Positions 48,201 to 61,438 of a DNA stretch of 64,000 nt are shown in pieces. The position numbers and the translations under genes are program-made. Source of the DNA: Guillardia theta CCMP2712 (Eukaryota > Protista > Cryptophyta); the NCBI RefSeq assembly GCF_000315625.1, contig NW_005434671.1, forward strand, positions 638,188-702,187, in the 5' to 3' direction. Below the pieces are notes generated by a model, which worked only from the letters and a program-made list of their open reading frames with translations, was not told where the DNA came from and searched no databases. Each line of letters begins with the position of its first letter. Position 1 is the first letter of the stretch.

Positions 48201-51200
48201 AAAGGACTCAACCGGAAAGTTCCAGGCAGGACTAGCCAACGGACCAACAGAGAAATTGATTGGCGAGACGAGCAGCCTGATACTCTCAGATCCTCCCAAA
48301 GGAACAAGTAGAGGAAAGTTGAGCGCAATGGTTACGCTGACGGTGTTGTTCGCCCCGGGGTATGGACTCGATTGTCCTACATCCTTCGTGATCAGCCCCG
48401 GGCTGTACACCTTCATCGGCCCTGCGTCCCCTGCCCTCGCTCCATACACCCTCGGTACCGTGATCCCGTCGGGCTCCATGCGCTCCGCCGACAAGTCTTG
48501 ATCGCAGCCTGACGTGTAGACGTACACGTCTTGAGCTGCCTGCCCGACCCTCCCGTTGACCACTGTGAACGAAAACACCACTCCCGTGTCCGGCGCTATC
48601 TCCGCGTTGCTGGCCAGCTCCACCGCCAAGATCCCTCCCTGCATCTGCCACCTCCCCTGCCCTCGCAAGACCCCGGCGACCGGGTCCAGCGATGAGACCG
48701 TCATGCTGGCAGTGTCAGCCGTCTGGCTGCCGTTGAGGCCGACGATAGAGATAGTGCAGACAGCTTGGCTGGAGTGTTTCAAAGTGACGAAGGAAGCCAA
48801 GGTGACGGTGAGAGTATTGTTTGCCACAGGGTAGGGGCTGGACTGACCGATGTTGCGGAGAGCCCACACGGGACCATAGACCTTGAGAGGGGAGGCGTCA
48901 CCGGGGGAGCTTCCTAGGATGGGAAGGATGGTGGTCTGATCACTTAACATGTCCTGCGGAGCAATGGTTGCTGAACCCGAGGAGCTGACGTAGAGCGTCT
49001 GACCCTCTTGCGCGCCTCCCAAGTTCCGAAACTTCAGCGAAAAGGTGTAAGCAACACCCGCGAGCATGCGGGACCTAGCATCTAAACTCAAGATCAGCGT
49101 TCCGTTTTCCTTTCTGAATACGGACATGTCGAATAGTGTGTTGTTGCGAGAGTCTAAGAAGGGTAATGAGGATTGAACAACCGCAGCGTGTCCACGCCTC
49201 GCAGCAAATTCAGAGGATGAAATCTGTTTCCAGGATTGAAGGTTCGAGCATCGACTTGAAGCTGCTTCTGGGGTGATGATCAAGAGCGGAGCATTGGCTC
49301 CCGGTATGAAGTCCATTGTATCATTCACGGTGGTCACACGAGTTGTCCTGATCGTCACGTTAGAAGTAGGTTGAAAACTTGAAGGATTTGTGAGATTGAA
49401 AGTGATGACATACACAGAGTTTGCAGACGATTGGGATCTCATATTTATCGTAAGCCTTCCCGATGTCTGATCAAACGATGCATACTCTTGAAATGGCGCG
49501 TCGTTACCGTACACTCGAATGCTCAGTCGATTGGTATTGTTCTGTAGCGTGCGTTTCAATCCTTCGATTACAAGCTGGCTGGAGAGGTCCAACGACATCC
49601 TCATTGAAATGGTCACCGAGATCGAATTCACGGCAGTCTTGTACGTCGTCGATTGGCCAATCCACTTATAAACAAATCCAGCAATGAGGAGTGGGGCAGA
49701 GTTTCCAGTTGCTGGAGAGACGCTGACTTGAGACACGTTCACGATCCCTGTCACAGCAACTGACAGCGATTGAGCGTCTTGGCTCACTCCTGAGTTCAAG
49801 ACTCTGACTTGAAGAGTATACGTGACATCAGAATAGATTGATAGGAGCAGCGGGACAAGAACAACTCCTTGATCCACCCAGCGAGCTGAAGGACTAAAAG
49901 GATTAGTGGAGCTCAAGCTCGAAACAGCTAAAGTGTCCGAGGTCAAGATAATTCCATTTAGACCAGTGATCGTAAGCAAACCTGGGGCAGAGATTTCACA
50001 GTTCGGCTTCAGAGAGAACGTCAGTGTATTGGTCGCGAAAACAGACGGAGTACTCTGTGAGACAGAAAAGGATTTAAACCCTGCGATGAGGAGAGGAGCT
50101 TTGTTTCCTGTTCCTTTGCTCATCTGTGTAGCCGTGATGAGTATCCCTGAACTTGATATCTGAACTGCAGGGGAATCCTGAGCCTTTCTGGGATTGACGA
50201 CCTCTATCCAGAAGGAGTAGTTTGTTCTTGGAATCGTGTCTTTCGAAACTGTCACAGTCAGGTTACCGCTGTAATACTCCCATTGTGCTTGAGTGCCAAA
50301 AACCATCGATGCTGTCGTCGGGTAGTGAAGAATTTGCGTTGCTGAGAGGGGAAGTAGACCGGTAAGCCCTGATATCGTAACACGTGTTGAATTCGCGATC
50401 AACGAACATCTTGTCGATATAACCACTGTTATCACGTTCTTTGCAAGAGGCGAGACTGATTGCTGATAGATGGACTTAACAAGGAAATCAGCTATGAGCA
50501 TCGGCGCATAATTTCCGGATGCTTTCTGGACCAAAGTTCTAGCAATGACAAAGATATTTGTGTAAATGAATATGGTTGGCGAATCCTGTCCATAGTTCTG
50601 ATTTTCAATCTCAAAGGTGATTGAGTACACTTTGCGAGCCTCAGTGATTTTGTTTACTATGATCTCTATCTCTCCCTTCTCGGGACTCCACAGGCCTTTG
50701 GGGTTGAAAACATTGTCAGCTGCGAGGAGAAGCTCGGCGAAAGGTGTTCTGCTGCCGATGAGGCCCGTCAGAGTGATGCTTGTGGACGTGATAAGATCAG
50801 CTCTAGTTGAGAAGAGCAATGTGATTCGATTTCTTGATATCTGACTTGGTGTTGACTGCGAAATAAAAGCATATGTGAAGTCAGCAATCAGAAGCGGAGC
50901 AGTGTTTCTAGGTCCAGCACTCATGACCTGGTCTCGATACCTGATGACACTGTAATTTGCAGGTCCAATACCTGAGATGCTGATGTTGGGAGAATCTTGA
51001 CCCAGTGGCGGATTAATGATATCAAACTTGAAGGAATATATGACATTCAGGACGAACGAAGCATTCGCGACGAAATTCAATATGATTCCTTCGCCAGATG
51101 ACTTCTTGCCTATACCGACTTGTCCTTCATATTCGAAATATTGGACTGCACTGACCGTTCCAAGACCATCTGCTCCATCAATCGATTTCAAGGTAACGAG

Positions 51201-54200
51201 GTCGGAATAGGTAGCATTCGCTAGACCGCTGATCGTGATGCTTGCATTTTGACCTCCAAACGGCACATTTGCCTGCAGCTTCACGTAAAGGACGTTGGCA
51301 ACGGAAGCTGTTGGCGTTTCTTGGTAAATGTCCCGTTTGATGAAAGAAGGCCGGATGACGAGGGGAGGGTTGGCACCATGGTATAACCCGCCGATGGATT
51401 GATTTGTGCGAACGAGCGGCAACGGAGAGAAATCGATATTAGGAGTGCCTCCTGTGACTGCAATGGTAACTGTCGTTTCGGTCTGATCGAACAGCGAATT
51501 GGTGAGGATGAATGAGAAAGTGTACGTCTGTCCTGCCACCAAAGGTTGATCATACAATTCGAAGATGACAACATTCGGCGAGTATCCGCCATAACCCTGA
51601 ACCCCCTTGTACGAGAACATCATCGCCATGTCGTAGGGTTCTATCGGTACAAAGTCATCTACTTTGGCGTCCTTTATCCCAGCGATGAGGATGGAGGAGC
51701 CTTTCGCGATGTTGATGTTGAATTGTATGGTGACAGTGAAACGATTCGTCTCCCCCGCAAGCCTGTAGGTCACAAGTCAGCAGGGGCTCACAAGAGCGAA
51801 TGACAGGATTACGGGTTGTCTTGACTGATTTTCTTTGTCACGAATGTCGGCTCAATCATCAAGACCAGCGGGTTTGTACCATTCGGAACACCTATGACGG
51901 AAAGTGAGCATACGGAAGAAAAGCAGAACAAGACGAACCCAACAGAACTTCATTGAGCAAATCCATCGCTGTCAACTCAAACCTCGCTGTGCCTGAGGCT
52001 GCAATTCGGATGATCGGTATCGTAACCAACCTAAAGTTAGGATTGATGAGACTATATCCAGGAGCTGTGTAAGTTGCAAATCCTGGATTGGTGATTTCGA
52101 ATGAGACGATATAAGTTTCTCCAGCGTGCATGGTCTGGTTCTCGTACACCTGTAGCGTCAATGTGCCATTGTTGAACTGCCCTGCTCCTTGCCTCTCCCC
52201 GTCCGTGAAGAGCCTGTCTCCGCCGTTCCCATCAGCAGGAGAGCTCAGCAAGATCGAGCGATTGGCAATCGCGTTGGTGAAGCCGCTGATAGTGACGTAG
52301 GACCCATCGACTGAGCGGAGGTCTACGGTAGCCCGTAGGACTGCCGTGATCACGTTCGGGTATAGAGCAAGGGGCATACTCTGAGTAATGAGACGAACAT
52401 CGAAGCGAGGGACTACTATGAGCAGCGGGTTGGACCCGTTCGTTACTCCTAGCACCGTCTCGTCAAGTACCGTGACGTTGCGCTCGAGATACAAAGCTGT
52501 GCCGTTTGCACGGATCTTCACGAATGGATACGCTTGGTCAGACGCTGGGTTGGTCAGAGCAAACGAGAACGCGTACTGCACCTCCGCCCTCAGCGTCTGA
52601 CCTGCTGCTACTGCCAGTATCAAGCTCCCTCCCTGAAAGTATCCCGATCCCCCGAAGATCTCTGGGCCCTGGTCTACCCCGCTGACGGCATTGAGCGGGA
52701 CGCTGGTGGGGATGATGGCGTTAGCAAGATTGCTGATAGTGATGCGCGACTGATCGCTTGAGGCGAGGTTGACGTTGGGCTTGAGGCTGACGGTGATGGT
52801 GTTGGGCTCACTAGATACAGGCGTCTTCTGTACCATCACGCATGGAAGGAACTGCGGGACGACGACAAAGAATGGGTCTGTACCGTTCTCGATGCCGTAG
52901 ATCGACCCGTGAGGACTGGTCATGTTCACCGATACAAACGTCAGGTTGGACCAGCTCGCCAGGTCAGACTGTGGTAGTCGCAGCTCGAGGCCAGCTGCTT
53001 CGATGGAGATCTGAAGCTTTTGGGAGAACGCAGGGTTTTGTACCTGAAAGGAGAAGTTGTAGATCTTCCCAGCCTTGAGCGTCGACTGATTTGATACCGT
53101 CAGCTCGACTATGCCTTGTCCGGACAAATAGCTTGCACTCCTGCTCGCGCTAGCAGTCGCAAAAAGATCGCTGCCTTCACCCCCAAGCAGTGAGATCACA
53201 GGTTTGGTAACGGCGTTGTCAAAGCCTCGTATGGAGATCTTGTTTCCAGGAATGAGGTCGACATTGGTCTGCAGCGTGACAAAGATGTTGTTTGGCAGCG
53301 AAGATAGCCTGAGACAATGCGCAAGTCAGGTCATACCACACGAAGGCATCAAAGTCTCAAGTAGATACTCAGCAACACAAAAGCAGGTAAGGCAATACAG
53401 GACCACATGTCGCATGTCGGTACATAGCTACTTACGGATTGCTCTGCGCAATAGCCTTGGTTGTGAAGCGAGGCTCGTCCACGCGGACCAGCGGGTCGCT
53501 GCCATTAGGGACACCCAGGAGAGACTCATGCAGAAAGCTCATCGCCACCGTCTTGAAGAGCTTAGTGCCGTTGGCAAAGATCTGTATATCCGCAGCCCTG
53601 ACCTCTGTCCCTCCGGGGTTGAGAACGACGAACTCAACCACGTAGACGGTCTCGGCATGTATGGTCTGGTTCTCGTACACCTGTAGCGTCAATGTGCCAT
53701 TGTTGAACTGCCCTGCTCCTTGCCTCTCCCCGTCCGTGAAGAGCCTGTCTCCGCCGTTCCCATCAGCAGGAGAGCTCAGCGAGATCGAGCGATTGGCAAT
53801 CGCGTTGGTGAAGCCGCTGATAGTGACGTAGGACCCATCGACTGAGCGGAGGTCTACGGTAGCCCGTAGGACTGCCGTGATCACGTTCGGGTATAGAGCG
53901 ACAGGAATGCTTTGCTTGATCAGACGCACATCGAAGCGAGGGACTACTATGAGCAGCGGGTTGGACCCGTTCGTTACTCCTAGCACCGTCTCGTCAAGCA
54001 CCGTGACGTTGCGCTCGAGATACAAAGCTGTGCCGTTTGCACGGATCTTCACGAATGGATACGCTTGGTCAGACGCTGGGTTGGTCAGAGCAAACGAGAA
54101 CGCGTACTGCACCTCCGCCCTCAGCGTCTGACCTGCTGCTACTGCCAGTATCAAGCTTCCTCCCTGAAAGTATCCCGATCCCCCGAAGATCTCTGGGCCC

Positions 54201-57200
54201 TGGTCTACCCCGCTGACGGCGTTGAGCGGGACGCTGGTGGGGATGATGGCGTTAGCAAGATTGCTGATAGTGATGCGCGACTGATCGCTTGAGGCGAGGT
54301 TGACGTTGGGCTTGAGGCTGACGGTGATGGTGTTGGGCTCACTAGATACAGGCGTCTTCTGTACCATCACGCATGGAAGGAACTGCGGGACGACGACAAA
54401 GAATGGGTCTGTACCGTTCTCGATGCCGTAGATCGACCCGTGAGGACTGGTCATGTTCACCGATACAAACGTCAGGTTGGACCAGCTCGCCAGGTCAGAC
54501 TGTGGTAGTCGCAGCTCGAGGCCAGCTGCTTCGATGGAGATCTGAAGCTTTTGGGAGAACGCAGGGTTTTGTACCTGAAAGGAGAAGTTGTAGATCTTCC
54601 CAGCCTTGAGCGTCGACTGATTTGATACCGTCAGCTCGACTATGCCTTGTCCAGACAAATAGCTTGCACTCCTGCTCGCGCTAGCAGTCGCAAAAAGATC
54701 GCTGCCTTCACCCCCAAGCAGTGAGATCACAGGTTTGGTAACGGCGTTGTCAAAGCCTCGTATGGAGATCTTGTTTCCAGGAATGAGGTCGACATTGGTC
54801 TGCAGCGTGACAAAGATGTTGTTTGGCAGCGAAGATAGCCTGAGACAATGCGCAAGTCAGGTCATACCACACGAAGGCATCAAAGTCTCAAGTAGATACT
54901 CAGCAACACAAAAGCAGGTAAGGCAATACAGGACCACATGTCGCATGTCGGTACATAGCTACTTACGGATTGCTCTGCGCAATAGCCTTGGTTGTGAAGC
55001 GAGGCTCGTCCACGCGGACCAGCGGGTCGCTGCCATTAGGGACACCCAGGAGAGACTCATGCAGAAAGCTCATCGCCACCGTCTTGAAGAGCTTAGTGCC
55101 GTTGGCAAAGATCTGTATATCCGCAGCCCTGACCTCTGCCCCTCCGGGGTTGAGAACGACGAACTCAACCACGTAGACGGTCTCGGCATGTATGGTCTGG
55201 TTCTCGTACACCTGTAGCGTCAATGTGCCATTGTTGAACTGCCCTGCTCCTTGCCTCTCCCCGTCCGTGAAGAGCCTGTCTCCGCCGTTCCCATCAGCAG
55301 GAGAGCTCAGCGAGATCGAGCGATTGGCAATCGCGTTGGTGAAGCCGCTGATAGTGACGTAGGACCCATCGACTGAGCGGAGGTCTACGGTAGCCCGTAG
55401 GACTGCCGTGATCACGTTCGGGTATAGAGCGACAGGAATGCTTTGCTTGATCAGACGAACATCGAAGCGAGGGACTACTATGAGCAGCGGGTTGGACCCG
55501 TTCGTTACTCCTAGCACCTTCTGATTCAGAGTTCCGACGTTCGTCTCTGTATAATTCACAGCTCCATTTGCACGGATCTTCACGAATGGATACGCTTGGT
55601 CAGACGCTGGGTTGGTCAGAGCAAACGAGAACGCGTACTGCACCTCCGCCCTCAGCGTCTGACCTGCTGCTACTGCCAGTATCAAGCTTCCTCCCTGAAA
55701 GTATCCCGATCCCCCGAAGATCTCTGGGCCCTGGTCTACCCCACTGACGGCGTTGAGCGGGACGCTGGTGGGGATGATGGCGTTAGCAAGATTGCTGATA
55801 GTGATGCGCGACTGATCGCTTGAGGCGAGGTTGACGTTGGGCTTGAGGCTGACGGTGATGGTGTTGGGCTCACTAGATATTGGTGTGGCTTGTCGCAATA
55901 TACTTCTGAAAGAAGGATATACCACCAATGGAGGGTCTGTTGCATTCAGAATGCCATAAATTGTCGTTCCGGGCCTGGTCAAGTTCTGGTAGTCCAGGAA
56001 CGTGGTTCCAAAGAAAGCGATCCGTACAGGATTAAGAGCTTGGTCGAAAGCTGGATTTTGAACTGAAATTGTAACTGTGTGCAATACGTTTTGACCTATT
56101 ACTTGTCCAGGACAGAGGAACAGAACCAAGTAGTTCACCTTGTTCGTGACTTGCCACTTCCCGTAACAAAATACATTGGAATCACTGGAGGAAGCTCCAA
56201 GCTTGGTTGAGACAGTGAGAAAGGGATATGCTCCGACTGGATATGATTCATAATTCCCCAGTCCTTCAATCACTACAGTGGAATTATCTGACTCGTAGAA
56301 ATCAGTGGTCGTTGAGAACTGAAGAGTCAGCTGATTGTACAGAAGCGATATGGGAGTTGCTTGTGAAATCGATGCCGTGCCGATCCCAGACACTTTGAGA
56401 GGCGCCTGAAGCGATGGAGCACTCTCCATGAGATCCTTGGGGATCGCAATCGGACCGTTGGACTCTATGAAGACAGGGGGAGAATCTTGAGCAAGGGATG
56501 GATTCAAGAGCTGAAAGGAGAAGACGTACGAGACGTTGGCTTGCAGATCTTTCAACAGCTGTATCGTCAAAGTGCCTGATGACGAGTTCCATGCCCCAGA
56601 TTTTGCAAAATCTGAAGCATTCCCCGAACGTATGAAGATGAGTGGCAGGGAAGGTGTGTTTGACGTCACACTTCCTGTCAATCCAACGATCGTGATGCTG
56701 GTGCTCAGTGCCTGTAGCACAACATTGCTCTGCAAGGTGACTGTTATGTTGTTCGGGCTTGCTTTGTGATCTGCATAAGCATGTCAATATGTACGACAAA
56801 AGTCTCATGTATCAAATGACCTGTGCTCTGACCAATCTTCTTAATGTCAAAATTGCAAATCAACAGCGGAGCTTCATTTCCCTGGCCTTTAGTCATCAGA
56901 AATTCATCCAAGTAATTGTATCCCACGGTGTTGATCACTACTGGGGGGGAACTTTGACCCAAGGGCGAGTTGTACACAGTGAAAGAGAAGATCATAACCA
57001 AGTTTGAGAAGATGATCCGGTTCACCGAGAAGCTCAGGGAGTTAGAGGCATTGGAATAGTCCGCCTTTCCTGTATTGTTCGCAGCATCTGAAAACAGCAA
57101 ATTGCAGTACGTCGATCCACACAACGTGCTAGAAGACAGATCGATACTCTTGGGATTAGATGACCCGTACAGATTCTTAAGTGTGACGTTGGCAAAGGGA

Positions 57201-60200
57201 TAAGAAACTCCAAACGTATTGTATATTTGTAAGGTGACAGTGAGAGTATTTATGACATTCCTGTTTGTATCACTCTGACCAATTTTTGCTATCTGGTATC
57301 CAAAGATAGCGAGCGGTGCATTCAGATATGTCTGGGAATTTAGTGCAACTCTCGCTACAATGGTTCCAGCTGTGAGCCTTTGATAGGCATTGATGCTTAG
57401 TGTTGGAGCTGATTGCCCAGTAGATGGATTTTGTATCGTGAATGAAAGATGATATGTGAAATTGCCAATACTTTGATTGCAAACAAACAGAGATAGTTCT
57501 TTCTTGCTGTTGTCCCATGCACCAAACCCAGGTGTTCCTGCGGAATTACAAAAGTGGAGATTGCATCGTTGAGAGTTACATCTGGAATCAGTTGATTTGT
57601 CTGTAAGGGCAACAGAGTTGCCGCTCCAAACAGCACCGGAAAAGTTGGAGATGAGAATAACGCCTGTGTTTTCAAAGGCATTCCTGGAATGAGACAAGGG
57701 TCAAAAAAGATGAACTTCCCCGAAAACAAAAAGAGACCGGAAAGAAAACTTCAAGGTGATATTATTCGATGCTGATCGCGATGATGTAGATTGAAACGAA
57801 TCAGATCCAGAGTAAAGCCCGGCGATCAGGAAGGGAGCGAGGTTCCCAGATCCAGATATCATCCTGCTCGTCATGATTTGTGACCAGAGACTGAAGGAAA
57901 CGGATTCAGCTAGCACAAGAGAGTCAACTCAACGCTTACAGCCCGCCTCTTGAGTCTCGAAAGAGATATATGTCTATCTCAGGAGCATCTTGTCCGACAA
58001 CATTGTTTGCAAGAACAAAGGAGAATGCATATTCTTGGAGCGCAACAGTAGTACGGAACACGGTGATTGCGAGGCAGTTGCTTGCGAGGTCTTTGTTGTT
58101 GACCTTGTAAACTCCATTGTACCATTTGCCTAAGGGGGAGAAATCGGATGTGAAAGTAGATGCCCCTACGTCAGAGAGGGTGAGGGTCTGCGTTGACGCG
58201 GTGGTTGCCCCTATCAGATTGCAGATCACGACCGTGTGGAACGAAGTGCTTGATAAGGACGCCCTTGTGCTCAGCCTGACCGTGATTGTGTTTGTTGCCC
58301 CCTGACCCGACAAGAAAGGATGAGTAAAAACCTGAGAGTGGAGCACTGAGGAGAGGTACCTGGAAATAGCTTGACTGCGTGATGGTTCTACTCAGAAATT
58401 CGTTGATGAGCAGCGGTGCAGTATTCCCGTCTCCCTTCGTCATCTCTGTCTTTGCAACTATGATCTTCGAGTCCCGCAGTACTTGAATCGTGATGTTGGG
58501 CGACTCTTGCCCTATCAGTGGGTTCGTGATCTGCAGTTGCACTGTGTAGGTTGTGGCTGCTTGGAAATCCTGCTGGGTTGATAATACCAATTGGTAACCT
58601 GACGATGCTGTCAGCCTTTGTCAGAAATAATTCTACAACGATCACTCACTCGTTGTATCCCACGAGTAGACCTGAAAGATTGCAGGATTGAACAGCGATA
58701 GCGAAGAAGCACCTTTCAAACAGCACATGGAGAAATATAGCGTCCCCCCTGACGCGGTAAAAGTAGAGATACTCTGCAAGTTGATGGTCAACACGTTGCC
58801 CACGGCCCCTGGGTTTGTAGAGGATTGTGAGATGGTCTTGACCTTCAGGTCGGTTATGAACAGAGGCGCATCCACACCCGAGGCCTTGTCCATCAAGAAG
58901 TTTTCTGTCTGGAACAAAGTGGCCGTTGACGCCGCGATGTAAAGATCCGGGGAGAACTGTCCTTGGCTGGGATTTTTCATGTCAAAGAAGAAAGTATACA
59001 ACTTCCCGGAAACGATCTTCGAGGTTGGAGTGAGAATCAAAGTTCCAGACGTTTGCTGCCAGTTGGCAACCGTTCCCCAGTCAGCATTGGAACCGTCGGG
59101 ATATGCGATCGGAAAGCTGGAGCTTGATTCAGATGCAGTGCTGACAAGTCCTTGTATCGTAAATTTTGAGGTAGGTGAAGTGGGGAAATCGAGTTTTGTA
59201 ATGATCTGAACTGTGATTCTGTTCACCTCACGTAGAATAGACGTGTTTTGCGAAATATTCTTGACAGCAAAAGGAAATATTGTTTCCAAGGGATTCGAAC
59301 CATTCGGAACTCCAAAAATTGCCGTATTTGGTGCAATTAGGGTGGCTGTCTGTATTCTTGATCGTAGATATGATGAAGTGGTTGTACTTTGCAGAGCTTT
59401 AACATCGCCTCCAAGGTAGATGGTAGAGAATGATTGTTCTTTGTTTGGATTGACCAAGTCAAATGAAATCAGGACCTCTGAGTTGGCTGGAACACCAAAG
59501 AAATCAACTTTGAGGATCAAAGTCCCATTGCTGTACCAAACACCTTTGGAAACGTAGAACGAATTAGTTGTTGTGACAGGGAAAGACATATCAGTGGGAG
59601 TTGCACTTTCAAAGAGACCGGACACTGTGATTGTTGAAGCTTCTGGCATATCACTGGTGGCAGAAAAGCGAATGTTGATGCTATTTGTTGACTTTGCCAA
59701 AGGATTGTCTTGGCTGGATGTAGTTCAGCAAGAAGCGACGAAGAACATGGTCATACCTTATTTCTTTGATGGCAAAAACAGTTTGTTCAACAAGCAAAAT
59801 TTGTGCTCCGCCTTGAATTCCAAGAATGTCTGAGAAGTCTTTTTCTAGTGGTTCGCTTGCAAAATACGAGTTCCCACGACCGTCAGTTCTAACTAGGGTG
59901 CCTTCGATCGCTACAACTGGAGATGTCTGTGCAGAATCCGGGTTCAGAATCTATGACAGGTGTTAGTCTAGTTTCCTTGAGGACTGTTTGTTTACCCTGA
60001 AAGATAGTGTGTATACATTCGAAGAGCTCAAATCAAACTTAACTGCTGCTTGTAGAATTCCTGGATCTTGGATAAAAACTCCACAAGTACCAAAGTAAGC
60101 CAATGAATATGAATCTGAAAGTATTTCCAGACAATTTGTATTCTCACTCCCAGCTTTATATAGCCCTGATGAAGTGATCTTAGCACAATTATAACAAGGT

Positions 60201-60894
60201 CAGAGCTGAAATCACCTGTTATATTCAGAACAGATCCTGCAGGAATATTGCAGTTGGCTTTCAGCTGGATCAAAATGGTGTTGAGCACGCCGACTAGAGG
60301 GACGAATTGAGATACGAATGCCTGTAGAGGACCTTCAGACACCAGCATGTCAAGAGCAGATCATCTTGCCGTGGTGAAGTATGGTTGGATCACGTACAGC
60401 GGCATTCCTCCTAAGTCCACACCATAGACAGATAAGGCGCTGCTTGTCACCAGTTGAAAACTGTTTGACCCTGAGCCATTTGCAGCGATGGAGATAGAAG
60501 GGGCGCTTTGACTAGTCGCTGGGTTGACAACAACAAGAGAGAACGCATAGGTCGTGCCCTGAGCGATGCTCTGCGCGGACTTCAAGGGCAACACCAGCAA
60601 ATCCCCTTCCCAATAGACGCCTGAGAACAGACTGCTGCCGATGTTGCTCCCCGACGCCTCAATCCCGACCGTCTTCTCTGATCGTACGCTTTGCATGTTC
60701 TTGAAGAACACAGCAGAACCCTGACTACCTTGGATATTCAAGTTGGATGCGAGAGTGACCGACAGAATGTTCAGCCCCCTGGTCAGCGGGAAATCTTGAT
60801 TCATGCTGGCACTCGAAAAATCGTTGGCACGACCGGGAACACAAAGGGTGAGAGCAAGGAGGAGCCGTGCTGTCAGGCAGGCATCCCCCAGCAT
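45293..60894 (-). CDS. Giant secreted protein (roughly 4500-5000 aa) of tandem ~140-aa beta-rich repeats with C-terminal Asp-box/Kelch-like repeats
   Basis: Signal peptide MLGDACLTARLLLALTLCVPGRA. Recurrent unit I(G/S)QS.P...N.ITV.L...ITISGL...W....G.L...Y.FSF...NP...Q.SP...APL in all long exons. C-terminal NDVYESKDG..., NDIWISYDGRSW, SDVWQSTDGGSNW and NDVWASIDLGLTW. Confidence 0.85.
46918..48925. repeat. ~610-bp near-identical coding duplication (46918-47525 vs 48319-48925, offset 1401)
   Basis: The DNA and protein (PILGSSPGDASPLKVY...VTIALNF) are near-identical in both copies. Confidence 0.92.
52131..55879. repeat. Tandem duplication with a 1531-bp unit (~2.4 copies) including an intron
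   Basis: Matching positions 52131/53662/55193. The intron at ~53309-53435 recurs at ~54840-54966. Confidence 0.92.
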
Positions 60895-61438
60895 CTTCGT
60901 CTCAGCCCCCTCCTCCTCTCTTAGCCTTCTTCTCCTTCACTGTCATGCCGCCAGTTTCTATCTTGACAACCTTGACAGGAAGCGACGGGCCCCCCTCAGC
61001 TCGGAGGTTGGGCCTCGGCGCCCCGGCGGGGGCCCCGGGCCCCGGGGCCCAGCCCGGCGGGCGAGGCCTGGGCCGCCGCCTACGGTACTAGCCCGCAGTG
61101 TCGTGGGTGACTGACTAGCTTTACTCAGTATCAGGATCATAGTCTACAAGTCTGCCTAAAGACGGGGGAGCCTGTGTCGCAGTCTGAGCCTACAGAGAAG
61201 TTACCTCCCGCTTGAAGGCCCTCACTAAGTGAGTGCAGTTGGCCCGTGCGTTAGTGTCAGGGTCAAGTCTCCTCTACTCTCCTGACCCTCTTTACCCTGA
61301 TTGTCTTCGTACAACTGGAACTTTCAGGCTTTAACTTAACTTTGAGTACTACCCGGGTCCCGACCCTCACCAGGGATAAACTGAATTTTGAGCACCGAGG
61401 CGGGCCCTTTTTAAGGTCTCCTTGGCCCCCATTTCGGA

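Noticed and set aside
53204-55217. Two identical 160-aa plus-strand ORFs
   Set aside because: They are antisense shadows of the tandem-duplicated segment of the giant minus-strand gene.
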